Shown here one piece after another: positions 50,854-64,000 of a stretch of DNA of 64,000 nucleotides. The stretch covers positions 36,830,001-36,894,000 of the forward strand of contig CM119371.1 of NCBI GenBank assembly GCA_051294905.1. Direction: 5' to 3'. This DNA is from Botryllus schlosseri. Lineage: Eukaryota. Within the stretch, counting starts at the first letter, position 1, and every line of letters begins with the position of its first letter. The position numbers and the translations under genes are program-made. The notes beneath the pieces were generated by a model. It did no database searches, was not told where the DNA came from, and saw only the letters and a list, made by a program, of their open reading frames with translations.

Positions 50854-51033
50854 CTGCACTAAAATTCTTTTTCTTTCTCTCACATCTTCTGGTGGACATC
50901 CCAGACACACACACATTGGTTCGCTCTCGGGGTAAACATCTTCAAAGATTCGCAACATGTGCTCAGTATCGCATTCTTGCAGTTTCCGGAAATAATAGCT
51001 TTCCGGCGTTGCAGTATTTGCGTCTGTATTCAT
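50854..51033 (-). CDS. Probable exon of an insect-type AANAT-like GNAT acetyltransferase (possibly a pseudogene)
   Basis: YYFRKLQECDTEHMLRIFEDVYPESEPMCVCLG resembles the N-terminal EP-motif region of this family. Upstream acceptor TTCTGCAG and donor CAG|GTATAG. A possible next exon lies near 50300-50440 (ETLIQGHYILVAI). Confidence 0.45.
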
Positions 51034-51942
51034 TAGCACAGTTTGTTTCTGCAGAAGTAGCGGTTTTAAAGTAAGGCAGAACTGCTTCAGACTAAACCAA
51101 AGACGGGCGAATCACGGCTCGCGGGCCGCATGCGGTCTGCAACTACGTTTCGCGCGAGCCATAAAAGCTTTAAGAATCGTTATATAAAATATTGACCAAT
51201 ACCTAATAAAACCGATTGCGTAAAGTCGGTTAGGGCTCTATTACAGCTTTCGGTAGATACATAAGGTGGCGGATTCGGCCCACTATGAGATACGAACAAT
51301 CTAATGAAAGACCTATATTACTTGGATTCATTCGAATGGTGAATGGCATGTAGGGTGTAGATATGAACACAATATTTTGCATCCTAGAAGAAACATATAT
51401 GTCAAGATTGTTCACAATCGAACAAGGACATGACTTTCACAATTTCTTTTTGTCGGCACCATTAGTCCATTACCGCCAAACTCTCACAATCTGCCATGGA
51501 ATGTCAAACTATGCGCCGAAACCCATCCCCCAGAATTCGCACAATATGTAGACTCTCTTGCGGCACAAAAGAAATTTCAGGACATATTTATTAAACTTGA
51601 ATAATTCGTATCACTAGGAAACGAATGGCATTAGCGCTGGCAGCCTCCGAAGAGATTTCAATAGATGAGAGAAACAGCAACACGCTGGCGTGGGATAAAC
51701 TTATGATAAGAGTTGCATATCCTCCATGGTTTATTTACTCATGACACGGTATGCGTCCTGCGTTAGCGTCGACATCAGTCACACAGAGCGTGGAGCAGAA
51801 TGTGTGGTCGGAAATAGGTTCAAATGGCTATTTGAATGCTGAAGGTTGCTATCCTATCCTCTGCGCTTTCCTACCCGCGACAGATGGAAATATTAGGGTG
51901 TACTTGAACGACTCAGGATGGATTAGACTTGTGGATATATAG

Positions 51943-52831
51943 TAGGGATGGTGTGAACCTCTAAAAGGTTCAGGTTCGTGTGAACGTGAACCTTTTTGAA
52001 AGGTTCTGTGTGAACGCGAACGTGAGCCTCATGACGTCACGTGACGTCATATTGTCAATTCCAACCCTACATTTCAGTGGAGTGATAGCCATATTAATGT
52101 ACAGATTGTACACGATGCCTAGCGACAACTCGGGCCACATAATGCCACAATGCTGAAGTATACATATTGACGTTTTTAACGTCGCCAAATGTCTCAAATG
52201 GGGCGATCAAATATTATAATGATCCCGTGAAATCAATATCTTCCGTCGCTTTGTCAACAATTTCGACGACGACTTGCAAGGAATGTAAACTTACGCCCAG
52301 ACAGCGTATTCAGCGTCTTAGTATAGCTACGTTGATATTGAGCAGAGTGTAAAACGGGTACCGATATTAGGCCTACCCCATTACCAAGTCATACAGCAGT
52401 AGCCAACCCCCGAATCGCACGGATTTGGTCAAGATTGCCCCGTACGGCTGCTAGATTTTTACATCCGACAGGGATATCAATTTCAATGATTGGTTGAATA
52501 AGCATCATTCACTGACGACCTACATGTAGTGTATTTCGCTCACAATATCGTGTGATTGCGGATCAAGCTCACAGCGGAGATTTTTGTGATTTCCAAGGTG
52601 CATACTACTTTAGTGTTGATTTTTTACGCTGCCAGTGCCATGCACAGAGTGACCTTCAGTTGGAATGCAATAAATTTCAGCCAACGATGTTATAATTAAG
52701 TGAAAATTGTAATATATGAGAAAGGTTCACAGTGCAGAACCTACCAAGGTTCGTTTGTGAACGTGAACCTCTAGATTTCTGAGATTCACGCACAGAACAC
52801 GAACGTGAACCTCACGTTCACACCATCCCTA
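51943..52831. mobile_element. hAT-type MITE with GTGAAC subterminal repeats
   Basis: TIR TAGGGATGGTGTGAAC / GTTCACACCATCCCTA, perfect TSD ATATATAG. Confidence 0.9.
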
Positions 52832-53815
52832 ATATATAGTCATGGTTCCTTACTATCTTTAGGTTTAAATACCTCGATGGTGCGCAGCAGGTAGACGATA
52901 TAATCCTCGATACTGTCGTACTGACCCAAACTACAATCTGGTTGATTCATTGGCAGCAACCGCACAGAGAATACATTCCTCATTACATTAAGAGTTATAT
53001 TTTCCTTGGGAATCATACAAACTCCTTCAACTGACACTGCTTCCATATTGCAAGTACCGCTACTCAATCCTGTACGCAATGTAAGCATGGATCAACATAG
53101 TATATTGAGCAAGCTTGTTAAATGAGCATGGTATCGTTATATGAGAGGTGTTTTATCGGTAAATATTTAAGAAGTCGAGTGTAGATTGCGACCTTTTAAA
53201 AGGGTTTCAGACGATCAATTTCAAAGGCATCTTTGTTGAAAACTAACAGATGTAAGTGCAGCGACATATTTCATCGCAGACGGCACAATGTAAGTGTAAG
53301 CCTATGTATACATACCGCAGATTGCACGCAATTGTTCTATATCGCCATGTGCCGCATTGTAATGTACTAATAAAATAGGTTTCATTAATCAGGGAGTTGA
53401 GTGTTAATATTACTGACTTCGTGAGAGGTATCCGGAATCGTGATTTCATTAGATTCTCGGGTATACGGATATGATTCGTTTTAACGTACGAGCTTCACCA
53501 AAATGATTCAAGGCTGTTTATTGTGGGCATTACATTTGTAAGCCAAATGAATAAACTGCATACAAGCTTTTTATCATCGCATCGCCACTGGATTTTGCTC
53601 AGAATTGGGCATATTTAATGCCTGCAAATTACTTGATTAGAGTTAAAAGCAGGGCTTTGGAGCAGTCGTAAATGTTGCATTGCTCCGGTTCCGACTCTGA
53701 AGCTTCTTCTGTCATAGATTAGCTCCGCCTCCAGCTCCGAAGCCGTATTATTACCACTGCGCCAGTTCCAGCTCCGGCTCCGGCTCTAAAAACTATGGAA
53801 TGGGCCTGTCTATAT

Positions 53816-54500
53816 CAGGGATGGCCATATGTGACCCGAGAGAAGGTTTTGAGTGGCACGCGAGTTAATTTCCTAAATTTGTTACAGCATCGAAAATGAA
53901 TTGCTCAGCTTGTGAACTTGCAAGGCCAACCAAATATTTGATTAGTCTTAACGCGACACTTGGGATGTTGATTACTAAAATATCAGTTCCAGCGCATTGG
54001 CAGATCCAGGGTCCAGTCACATCTGTAGTTAATCGTCGTACATTACAATAAACTAAAATAGTAGTGAAATTTTTCTTCAGGCTTCACGTGTTTCATTCAC
54101 ACACGATTTCTTGCTTGTTAGCCTATCCCCTCCTGAAAATGAAAAAACGCCTTATTTACCCGATTTAGTCTAACTATATTCGCAATTACCAGAGAAAGTC
54201 TTTTCGCATTTGCGCTCGCAGAAAGATCGTCGACGATGAAATGTATACGCACAAAATGATTGTCGCATATTTAGCGGAATCCTTCAGTATCGATATGTTC
54301 TGATGCCGAATAGTCATGTCCTTGCAAACTGAGCCCAGCAGTCTGCATACGGTAGACCGGCAATATACTCAAGTAATAATATTATTGACCTAGTTCATTT
54401 ATAAACTTTGAATATTTCACGCGCTTGGCGCGGCTTGAGGACCGCGCCCTCGTTCATCAATTTCATGTGACCCTTCAGCCGAAAAGGTAGGCCACTCCTG
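53816..54500. mobile_element. Nested older hAT MITE
   Basis: CAGGGATGGCC / GGCCACTCCTG imperfect TIR, TSD GTCTATAT / TTCTGTAT. Confidence 0.6.
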
Positions 54501-54685
54501 TTCTGTATAAATTACTAATCTACCCGTAGGTTAGTTATCTATAGTAATCTAGAGTCTGGCAGCCGTCAGTAACATCGAATGCAGCAACGAAGACCAAGTG
54601 CCGCCGTGTCCGCCTGTGACGTCATAATCAATACTTGTCAATTGTCGATACCATCATAGCTGCACCAGACGCACTTTGTTCCATG

Positions 54686-55820
54686 CAGTGGTGCCACTCC
54701 TAGTGTTTTAACACTAGATCTAGTGTTTTTTCGGTCGTCCTAGTGTTCTAGTGTTTTTTGTCGCACAATTTTGCTAATCTAGTGTTTTTCTGCAATCGTG
54801 CGAAGAAGGAATATTCTAAGAACATACTAACTAAATCATACGCTAAATTTATCGCTAATAGGGTGATTTGGTGTCTCTGGCTGTGTTTGTTTTCAACAAT
54901 TCCTTGTGGTGGTGCAGTAAGAAGCAATCATTACGTAATAGGGTGCGCTGTGAATCCGTATTTATAAGCGAATGTACCGGAAAAATGAAAAGCGATTTCG
55001 GTGAAATCCTTTGTCGTTTCTTGTTGAACTCACTCTGCAGATTCGGGAAAGATTTTCATTTGCCGGCTTGAGTGTATTGAATCCGTTAACAGCCTTGTCA
55101 ACACAAAGAGAAATAGAATCAATCGTTCCTCTAGCTGTGCAATTTCCCTCTGTGATATTATTTGTTGAATTTAATGATTTGTCAGAAGAATGGTCTGCTT
55201 TGGCAAATTCGCAAAATGAGCTGCAGGTTATCAGTCAATGCCATCCAACATAATTTTGGCTGGATTGAAATATGTGCACAATGGATTCGGTGAATCAAAA
55301 TTCCCTTTACTGGGGAAGCTCATGACGAATCTCTTGGCATTGTCACATTCCTGTGCATGCATGGAAATGAAGTATACTGCACATGGACACCTCCCCATTG
55401 TTTGGTTGAAGATGTACGGTAGTGAGAACGATATGCCACACAAAATATACTTTCTTTGATCGATGGTGTACCATCGAAAGATAAATAATATTTATGATGC
55501 CGTACAATTCGAAAGCGACAATATTTGATTTTTTCTTGTGTTGAATTCGTTTCATTAATTTACGTTGATTAATCTTGCAGTATATCAATTCGTTTCATTA
55601 ATTTTCGTTGAATGATCATGCAGTAGGCCTATATCATACATATGTATCGAATTCATGTGTGGAACACTTCTTATCTATGGATTTGTACCTTGATCATCAT
55701 GGTTACTTGAAAACGGCAAATTTTTCCTGCAATTTAGTAATCTAGTGTTTTTTTCGCCGATCTAGTGTTTTTTTACGACACAATCTTGTGTTTTTCCGGA
55801 AACGTAGAGTGGCAACACTG
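54686..55820 (+). mobile_element. Nested hAT deletion derivative with a transposase C-terminal remnant
   Basis: TIR CAGTG(G/T)TGCCACTC, perfect TSD GTTCCATG and CTAGTG repeats. FLVELTLQIRERF and KFPLLGKLMTNLLALSHSCACME resemble the hAT dimerisation domain. Confidence 0.88.
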
Positions 55821-57842
55821 GTTCCATGCCATTGCTGTGTACAACATTGAAATTCTGATGCGGCGTTTTTTTACACTGGCACTGTACTCGTTAACATTAA
55901 GCCAGACAGCTAAATATGCGATTTTTATTCAACTGTAACTGCAGTAAGAGCAACATGGGCGCACATCACGAGCCGATCAATACAAATCCGATTTGTACCA
56001 TGGCCAATGGTTTGACGTCCGATATTGGAGCACTCGTTACCAGTTCATCCGGTGTCGATCAAGTTTATCGGAATATAATCTTTTTCCGTTGAAACGAATC
56101 GAATAAATTCTGAATTGGTGCCACGGAGAATCTTATCTTTCATTTATATTGCGACTTAATTAAGCACTGTGCCATGTACATTGCGCCATGCCCGTAACGA
56201 ATTAAACGATGGACAGTTACAAGTCGCAGTGCGCGATAATTCGGGAATACTAGAATATCAAGCAGACATCAAGAATGAATACACGAGACAGATGATTATA
56301 AATTGGAAATCGCGTATCAAATAAGGAATTTGTCTCCGACATATAATACCATGGGGTATTACAACGGCGTTTTGGGTTACTCTTCTGCCATCCCCTACTC
56401 CCGCTCGAAAATCCTTACTGGAGTGAATGACGATCATGCGCAGTAATTAATTGCAATTCGCATGCATAGTTGCATACAAAATGTCACTGGCCAATTTCGC
56501 GCCGCGATTAAAAAACTATCACGAAAGAACGAGTGTTTACTCATCCGATTCATAGCAACGATGAGATGGAATTTCTCGGCGCGTGCTAGTCATATCGACA
56601 TGTGCAACGAAATCACGGCTTTATCCTCTGTCCCATTGTCCTCTGATCATTATTTTCGAATCGTACAATTGGCCAACACGGTTGTGCTGATCATGAAATT
56701 GCGGGTAGGCCGAATGCCCACAATACTCTCAGACATATCTAGCGTACCGAGGTTCGGCGCTCATGTATGAAAATTGAACATTGAACATATGACTGCACTG
56801 TGTTGTTAAATCCCCAGGTACATGGTTAGTCAGTAAAGGTAGCGCCGAAGAGGCAATGATTCTTAATTTCGCAAAGGCCTGCTGCTGAATTATGTGAAAT
56901 CAGCAGATATGGTTGTTGCATATATAATAGCAACTTATGAAATACGTCAGAGCCGAAGCTACTGCTCAAATAACGGGCTCCAGCTCCACTCCGACTCTGG
57001 CTGAATTTCATGTAGAGCTCTGGCTCCGGCTCCAGCTCCGGTGAAAATGCGCGGCTCCAGGGCTCCGGCTCCTTGCTCCAACTATAAAGCCCTGTTTATA
57101 AGGACCTAATCAATACTTTTGTAAGTGGACATTTGCTTAAAATAGTAGTAGGCCTGCCACATGCCGCCCATTCATATTTCGTAACATCCTTTTTCATTCA
57201 GTGACATGTTGAAATTCGTCGACTTTCAACCTTCCCAGCCGCCGGACAACTGCAAGTTTCGATAAGACAATACATACTTCGGAATTTCTTGTTCTCTCGA
57301 ATATAGAAAGATTGTGGTAAAAATCAGAACTGGAAACATGGAGTGGCTTTCCAGACGGATTATCCGATTTCTGGAGTACGTCTCAGTTTAAAATCGGATT
57401 GACAGTTGCGTGATACTGAACATCAGGTTATGCTCGCAGATTTTTGACTTCAAGACGCTGTGGTTCGGTGTTTGAACATGTTGAAAAATTTTGGTGTTGG
57501 TGTGAAGGTCCACGTATTTTAGGCATGACAGTTGACTTAATGCAATGAAGCCTTGCTTTCGAGACAGTTGCTGAAGATAATGGTTAGCTGTCACCGCCGA
57601 CATATCATCACATCCTTCCGACCGCGCGATTCGTTCGTTCCTGTATATCGAATGAAGGGGGTTCGCAATATGAGCGAATAATACCATTTTGCATACCACT
57701 TTCATAAAGATCCCAGTGTGCTAAAATGGAGTAGCAGATAACAATTAGTCATGCCTGATAAATTTAATATATAATAATAGAGTTGTGCATGCCCGTGCCC
57801 GTAGATGGTTTTTTACGGGGGATACTTGTCGTGAGCACGAAA

Positions 57843-58670
57843 CAGTGTTGGGATCAAGTCACTACCTTCGAGTCACGAGTCATTTCGAGTCATTGCACAT
57901 TTTGACTCGAGTCAAGTCAAGTCAATCGATTTTCGAAGGTGACTCGAGTCAAGTCAAGTCACTTGATTTTTGGAGGTGACTCGAGTCAAGTCGAGTCAAG
58001 TCAAGTCAAGTCACGAGTCAAGTCACATTTCAAGTCAAGTTGCATTTTCGAATGCCTACGCCATTGCATTTTGCTAGCTGTCTGAAATACAGATCAACAG
58101 GTCATTGATTTTGAACCGATGAACGAATATGAAGGTAAATATACACGTAAGACGGCGCTGTATCGCTTACATATACGTAGAAATGCTGAACTACGCAAGT
58201 ATAACGGCAATTCGAGCCTGCGCCAGTGGTCGAGGACTATATAAACTATCTTCGAATTTAATTTCAAGAAAGAGGTTTGGTTCAGGTACAGAGAACAGTA
58301 ATAGACATTTTTCTATTAAAATACATTACTATACTAGTTTACGACAGCGTAAGCTGTAAGCTTCGATCACTTCGTAAGCGGACAATTTATTTGTTAGAGA
58401 ACAATGGAGGCTCAGTAAAACGCACGATCATTGAATGATTGGTCGCTCTCACGGGTTACACTAGCGTTTTGCGAACAATCCGATTGCAAGATAAAGTGAT
58501 TTTTATCGACATCGAGTGCTTGATGACTTGAAATTGACTCGTGAATTTTGCTTCGAGTCACGAGTCAATCCACATTTCTGATACGCCGAGTCAAGTCAAG
58601 TCATTTTAACAAAGTGACTCGAGTCAAGTCAAGTCATACGAAAAAGGTGACTCGAGTCATCCCAACACTG
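57843..58670. mobile_element. hAT-type MITE with (CAAGT)n / GACTCGAGTC repeats
   Basis: TIR CAGTGTTGGGAT / ATCCCAACACTG, perfect TSD GCACGAAA. A related fragment lies at ~50460-50600. Confidence 0.9.
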
Positions 58671-58841
58671 GCACGAAATAATATTCGTAAGCAGTTTATT
58701 ACTTCGACGTGAATGAACTAATACCTTGACTACGATACTCGCAATACTAACTGTTAAGATAACAGCAACATAAATGAGGAACGGCTCTAAGCACGCGAAA
58801 CAGGTAGACATGTAATCATCGTAGTCAACACCAGTACTTAC

Positions 58842-59358
58842 TAGGGCTGGGCACAATGATTCGAGTACTCGAATCTGAATCGAGTATTAAGTTTCATGAT
58901 TCATGTCGAGTGGCAAAATACGATATTTTTCGAATACTGAAATATTACGGTCCTTGCAACTGAAAGTTAATTTAGTAACAAGAATTATAGTTTTGATATT
59001 ATTTTCCACCGAGGTAGCCTTGGAACCTTAATTTGCCGTGTCGCAGCATTCGAGACATAGTACAAACCTACGAACATTACTAGAAATAACACATTTCCGA
59101 AGTCATGATCATCACACAACATTGTCAACTAGTGCAATGAAATCGGTATGGTCGAAAAAAATACCAAAGTATCCCTAATGTGACGGATAACAGGCAGTAG
59201 GTTCTTTGTGGTGGCATAAAAAGTACATATTTGAACTTTGACATAGTACATTCCGCTGTGACGTCATAATGAGTGATACTCGAATACTCGACTCGACTCG
59301 AAGCGTAATACGTGATTCAGAATCGAATCACTGAGGTACTCGATTTTGCCCAGTCCTA
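58842..59358. mobile_element. hAT-type MITE
   Basis: TAGGGCTGGGCA / TGCCCAGTCCTA ends with ACTCGA repeats; the TSD is degenerate. Confidence 0.7.
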
Positions 59359-60512
59359 TACATTACGACTAATTATATCATTAACGCAGAAAGGCAATCA
59401 CAACAAAACTGAAATCGATACCAATTTAACAACAAACATACAGCAATACTGAAACACAACAGAAATATATGCTCCATAAACGAATTTGTTGTCCGGAATT
59501 TGTTTTTTCTTTTTGAGGTATTCATGGTGAGTGTTGACTGCTATCATCATTTACACCAGGCCAATTTTCTTCATTTTCCTTCCGTAGCCGCCGACTTGTA
59601 TCACGGCCCACTTCTATACTTTTATAAGACACAGCCTATGATCAAAGTCAATTCATCGTTGGTATTCCAGTATAAGTGGATTCAACGATGCATATATCTA
59701 CTCAAGTACTAGTAAGTATGGGCCTGAATCCGTATAGTTCAGAAAAACTATGACGTAGAAGTAAAAGTAGTTTAAAATCATGACCTCCTGAGCAGACTCG
59801 TTCAAACTGCCAATCCATTTCGTTGAGGGTCAATCAACTGCTGTTGCTTTTTAAGTAGTTCTAGTTGCGCATTTTGACAAATGCCAAAAATAAGGCTTTT
59901 TGAAAATATAGATAATGTATGAAATATTTTGATAGAAATGTCAACAAGAATTGGCAAGAGTTTGTATAAAGCGACGAAACAAGTCTGTAGAGCAGAATTC
60001 TTAAATTAGACCCGTGAATCCTTCGGGGTTATGCAGACTACTATTCAAGGGGTCCAGGAAAGGTGAATTAAAAGTCCAAAAAGTCCAGTGATTAAATTTG
60101 CATTTACGACCAATATGTGGATTGATCAATCCAGTCACTAGGAAATAGATGATATCCAGAGATTAGGAAATAGATGATATTAAGCGATTAGGAAGTAGAT
60201 TGTCTCTGCACGCCGAAGTAGTAATAAGCATATTTCATAATCTATGATAGTGGGCTCTCATTTTCAAATTTAGTGAGGTTACTAGGTATTTTCCTGTTGG
60301 CAATGCTCATTGCTCATACATTTTGTTACCACGCACGATCCAGGCTGCATTTAGCTCATTTAATCACCACAGTTGATTGGAAAATAATCCTGTTGAGAAG
60401 TCACAAAGTGCATTTTCACAGACATCTAAGGGATTGAAAGCTTTCAAGCAGCTCTTTGACCAGTTCTTCGTAATCATTGCTTCTATGCTTTTCGCGGAAG
60501 TTTAAAATAGCT

Positions 60513-60978
60513 GGCGAGATAGCGCAGTGGTATAATCCGCGGCTGCAACACCAATGGGTGCGGGTTCGAGTCCGACTTCCAAATTCCGATACCGAAGTGT
60601 TGGAGGTTTACCTAGGCTCCTCCTCGCCACCTGATCCGCGTAAGCGGTGGCTTGCAAAAGTCTAGAGGTGGGCCGTGCTATAAGTCAGCAGTTACGGAAA
60701 AGAAGAAGAATATCGCCCTGGTGCAAATGACCATAGTAGTCGACAAACACCATGAATGCCCCAAAACAAACAAACCAACGGGTGCGGGTTCGAGTCAGAC
60801 CTAGGTCGACTTCAGAATTCCGATGCATAAGTGTTGGAGGTTTACCTTGGCTCCTCCTCGCCACCTCATCCACGTAAGCGGTGTCTTACAAAAAGTCTAG
60901 AGGTGGGCCCTGCTATAAGTCGGCAGTTACGGAAAATAATGAAGAATATCGGCCTGGTGTGAATAACCATAGTAGTAG
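60513..60978 (+). mobile_element. Tandem pair of tRNA-derived SINEs, family A (full copy plus 5'-truncated copy)
   Basis: A box TAGCGCAGTGG, B box GGTTCGAGTCC and an (AAAC)n tail at ~60763-60778. The second copy restarts at GGGTGCGGGTTCGAGTC. Confidence 0.85.
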
Positions 60979-62576
60979 ACAGAGGTGGTCAGTAACATAG
61001 TACTTCTACTTTTTCGAAGTACTCAAGTAGTTTTCCTATACTTCTGTTACTTATTCAAGTAGACCTTTTTTCGATACTTCTATTTCTACCTCGTAATATT
61101 TTGTGAACTACTTACTTACTTTTCGCTACTTTAAGTTTGTCGAGTAGAAGTAGTTTAATCCCCCAATAAGAAATGTAGCCTAAGGAATTTCGGGGCTGTT
61201 TTTACGTAGAACCAACATTCAATTTTCATAAAAGTCATGTTTATGCCCATAATTTTCGTTGCGTTTAGATACCGGGTTGCGTGCTTCCGTTCACATCGCA
61301 TTGTTGCCTATGTCGAATATCTCATCACAGTAAGTATGACCCCCATAACGTTTGAAACTACCGTTTTGCAATCGAGCAATTACATATTATACGCAGAAGC
61401 CCATGATGTGTCCTAATCTGGAAAAGTGGACGTCAACTTTTTTTTAACGTGAGACCTGTTTTAGCTGACCACCGTTGAAACTTTCTGCACAAAAGACATG
61501 AAATATATTTTCCGCTTGTTAGAAGTAATATTTGTATTTTTCTTTCCATTACGAGTATTATACGTGCCTTATATGTATGCCTTATATTTTCAGAAAAAAA
61601 CTATACACTATATGGCATTTTTACGATCTGCCATATTTTTAATTAACGTATACTAATCACGCAAAGTGTTAAAGCCGTATTCGACACAATTTCTCCGTTT
61701 TACTCTTCGACTGAACCAGGGGCCTTATAAAATGGGAGAGGGCGCCATGCCATGATATTCCCTAAATAGGGGTGTTCGAGTAAACAAAGGATTAGTATCG
61801 CATTTTCATATCAATAGTATCATTCACATCCCATGATGTGGACGACTGCTTATTCTGTCAAAAATTGACACCTCTTGAGATGCATGAATATGAATCAAGT
61901 TCTCTAAACCTTCCGTATAACTCCATTTGCAGCTTTTGACAGTCCATGCGCACGAATTACGACAGTACAATGCGCGAAAATTCGTTGGGCCTTAATGCAT
62001 TCTGTGGACCCAGTTCTACCCTTACAAGTCAAGGAAAGGCTGGTAATTTGTGTGTTCGCTTCTACTATCCTTTCCTCGCGTTTGTATTTGCAGCGCAACG
62101 TTTCTCTGCGACGCGATGCACTTCGAAATACAAGCTCATTTCCCATTGCCGCGACGGGAACGCCGCGCAGCCACTCATTTGCTCCTGAGCTACACTCTTG
62201 TTTCGCCATACAGCATTGTTGCGTCACTATGCCACTCTCCATAACAATGAAAAATGCGAGGCTGATTGTGGGGGTTCCAGGGCCATGAGCGAAACAAAAT
62301 TTATATTTTGGTAATCAGTACATCGGCAGCTTTCGATTGACACCCGTTTTATCAAATTTGATGCTCGACAAACCGATCAAAATTATCGTCAAATTGCCTT
62401 TAGCCAAATGGAAAATGTGACGAAGACCAATTTCACTGAGCCGTGAGATTTGCTCGTGTCCAAACAATATAGGACACTATAGTTTCACCATTTTGCTAGA
62501 GAGGTTTAACCTGGTTTTAAATTGATGCATTCTATCGCGTATTTTAACAATATGCGCATCGTAGGTGGCACAACAG

Positions 62577-63014
62577 TAGGCTTACCATACGTCCTCTTTT
62601 AAGAGGATTTGTCCTCTTTTTCGACTTTTTTGAAAGTGTCCTCGGAGGACGCCCTTTTGTCCTCTTTTTTGAGATTTTGTCCTCTTTTTTGAAAATTTAG
62701 GTCAGATTTAGAGCAAATTGCGAGTGATATGCCGAAAATTAGCACAGAAGTGACGGTCCGGCGGATATTTCGGTGTGAATTTAGCACTGAGCGAGAAGAT
62801 GACCTTTTTTTTTTTTAGTCATCCACCTAGCAATGTGGAGAAACAAACGGTATTTTGAGCTCTGAGCGGAAGTGATGACCTTTTTTTTTCTCTAGTCAAC
62901 CGATCACAAAGTGGGAAAAATTCACCGGTTTTTGAGAATTCTACTCCGGTTTTGCATCTTGCAAATTTCTGAAAAAGTGTCCTCTTTTTACATTTTCAAA
63001 ATATGGTAAGCCTA
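62577..63014. mobile_element. hAT-type MITE
   Basis: TIR TAGGCTTACCATA / TATGGTAAGCCTA, perfect TSD CACAACAG and GTCCTCTTTTT repeats. Confidence 0.9.
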
Positions 63015-64000
63015 CACAACAGGGTTAGGGATTTGCAATTGAATTCTAGAATCGAGTTCGTATAAACCTACGTTTCACCCGCAACAACGGTACGTGATCA
63101 TCAATCAATGATTATTCATTGTGTTCAACGAGGAACCTGGTAATTAATCACGCTAGCGCAGGTCACAATCATTTGCGGGCAAACAATGGTGAATGCGGCT
63201 CTTCCATTTGTATTGTGAAGGCTAGCAATACCTAAAGAGTTTGGCCAAGAATATGTCGTCGGGCGATAGTTGCAAGAAAAGAAAGTATGAACAGGAAGAT
63301 AGAACAGAAACTTATTGAAACGTCATTATGAAACAAAACTCCCAAACTTTGCCGCGAGTTACCCAACGAAGGCGGATTTACGGAGCAATACGATTACCGA
63401 GGCGAAATCTTCCTTAAAAGCACTTGAAGGAATTGCTCGGCACTGCTTTGACGTCATATCAGCCTGATTTCAAACACATTGCAGTCCAGCAGTGTACCTC
63501 TCTGCGTGTTCAAGTGTAACGACTGAGTTTCTCATCTATCCATAGGTTGGTAATCTATAGATCAGGTGTTAGCAAACTGCGGCTCTTTCGGCCTCTGGTT
63601 GCGGCTCTTTAATGATTGCACATTAGCGCTCGCTACCTCAAAGTCACGATACCGCGCGTCCGGCTATTTAGCTCAATCTAACTTGGAAGTTAATATTAAA
63701 ACAGCTTTTTAGACTACCACCAAAATCTGAGTTTTTGTGGCATCTCGCGACCCGTGCTTCACCGTGAAAAAGAATTCATTATCAATATTACAGTAGTGTG
63801 CCACGATTTTACGGACATGTATGACATACAGAACGCGCACACCGCAATTCCACCCAGCACAGCTCTATAAAACATGTCTGACGCACGCGATTTCAAATTA
63901 GGATGAATTAAATTTCTTTGCGTCTCGCATTTGTTAGTGCGGAGTGAATCGACAAATTCTCTGGTCCGACTCCGATCCGGTTTTCCAATTCTCTGGTCCG

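Larger units (their letters stand above)
53650..57094. mobile_element. hAT-type element with GCTCCG repeats, hosting nested insertions
   Basis: CAGGGCTTT / AAAGCCCTG ends, TSD GTTAAAAG / TTTATAAG (6/8). Confidence 0.65.

Noticed and set aside
61904..62288. Cluster of overlapping ORFs
   Set aside because: No recognisable domain or convincing splice structure.

Overview
AT-rich, repeat-dense eukaryotic DNA, probably from an invertebrate animal (species not determinable from the sequence). The window is dominated by two related giant palindromic insertions, 6086-20074 (E1) and 26814-42027 (E2). Both have Polinton/Maverick hallmarks: AGTAGT...ACTACT termini and perfect 6-bp target-site duplications. 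E1 also carries a Polinton packaging-ATPase fragment. Neither encodes polymerase, integrase or capsid. Each is essentially one ~7.5-kb arm folded back on a shared GC stem with a telomere-like G-rich loop. E2 is an almost perfect 15.2-kb palindrome that splits ORF2 of an I-group LINE (gag + EN-RT-RNase H). E1 splits exon 2 of an unannotated 71-aa secreted six-cysteine (beta-defensin-like) gene that can be rebuilt across the insertion. The rest of the window holds many hAT-type MITEs (some nested), tRNA-derived SINEs, a probable AANAT-like GNAT gene remnant and a degenerate Penelope-type hammerhead motif. Family assignments come from recognising motifs by eye, not from database searches.
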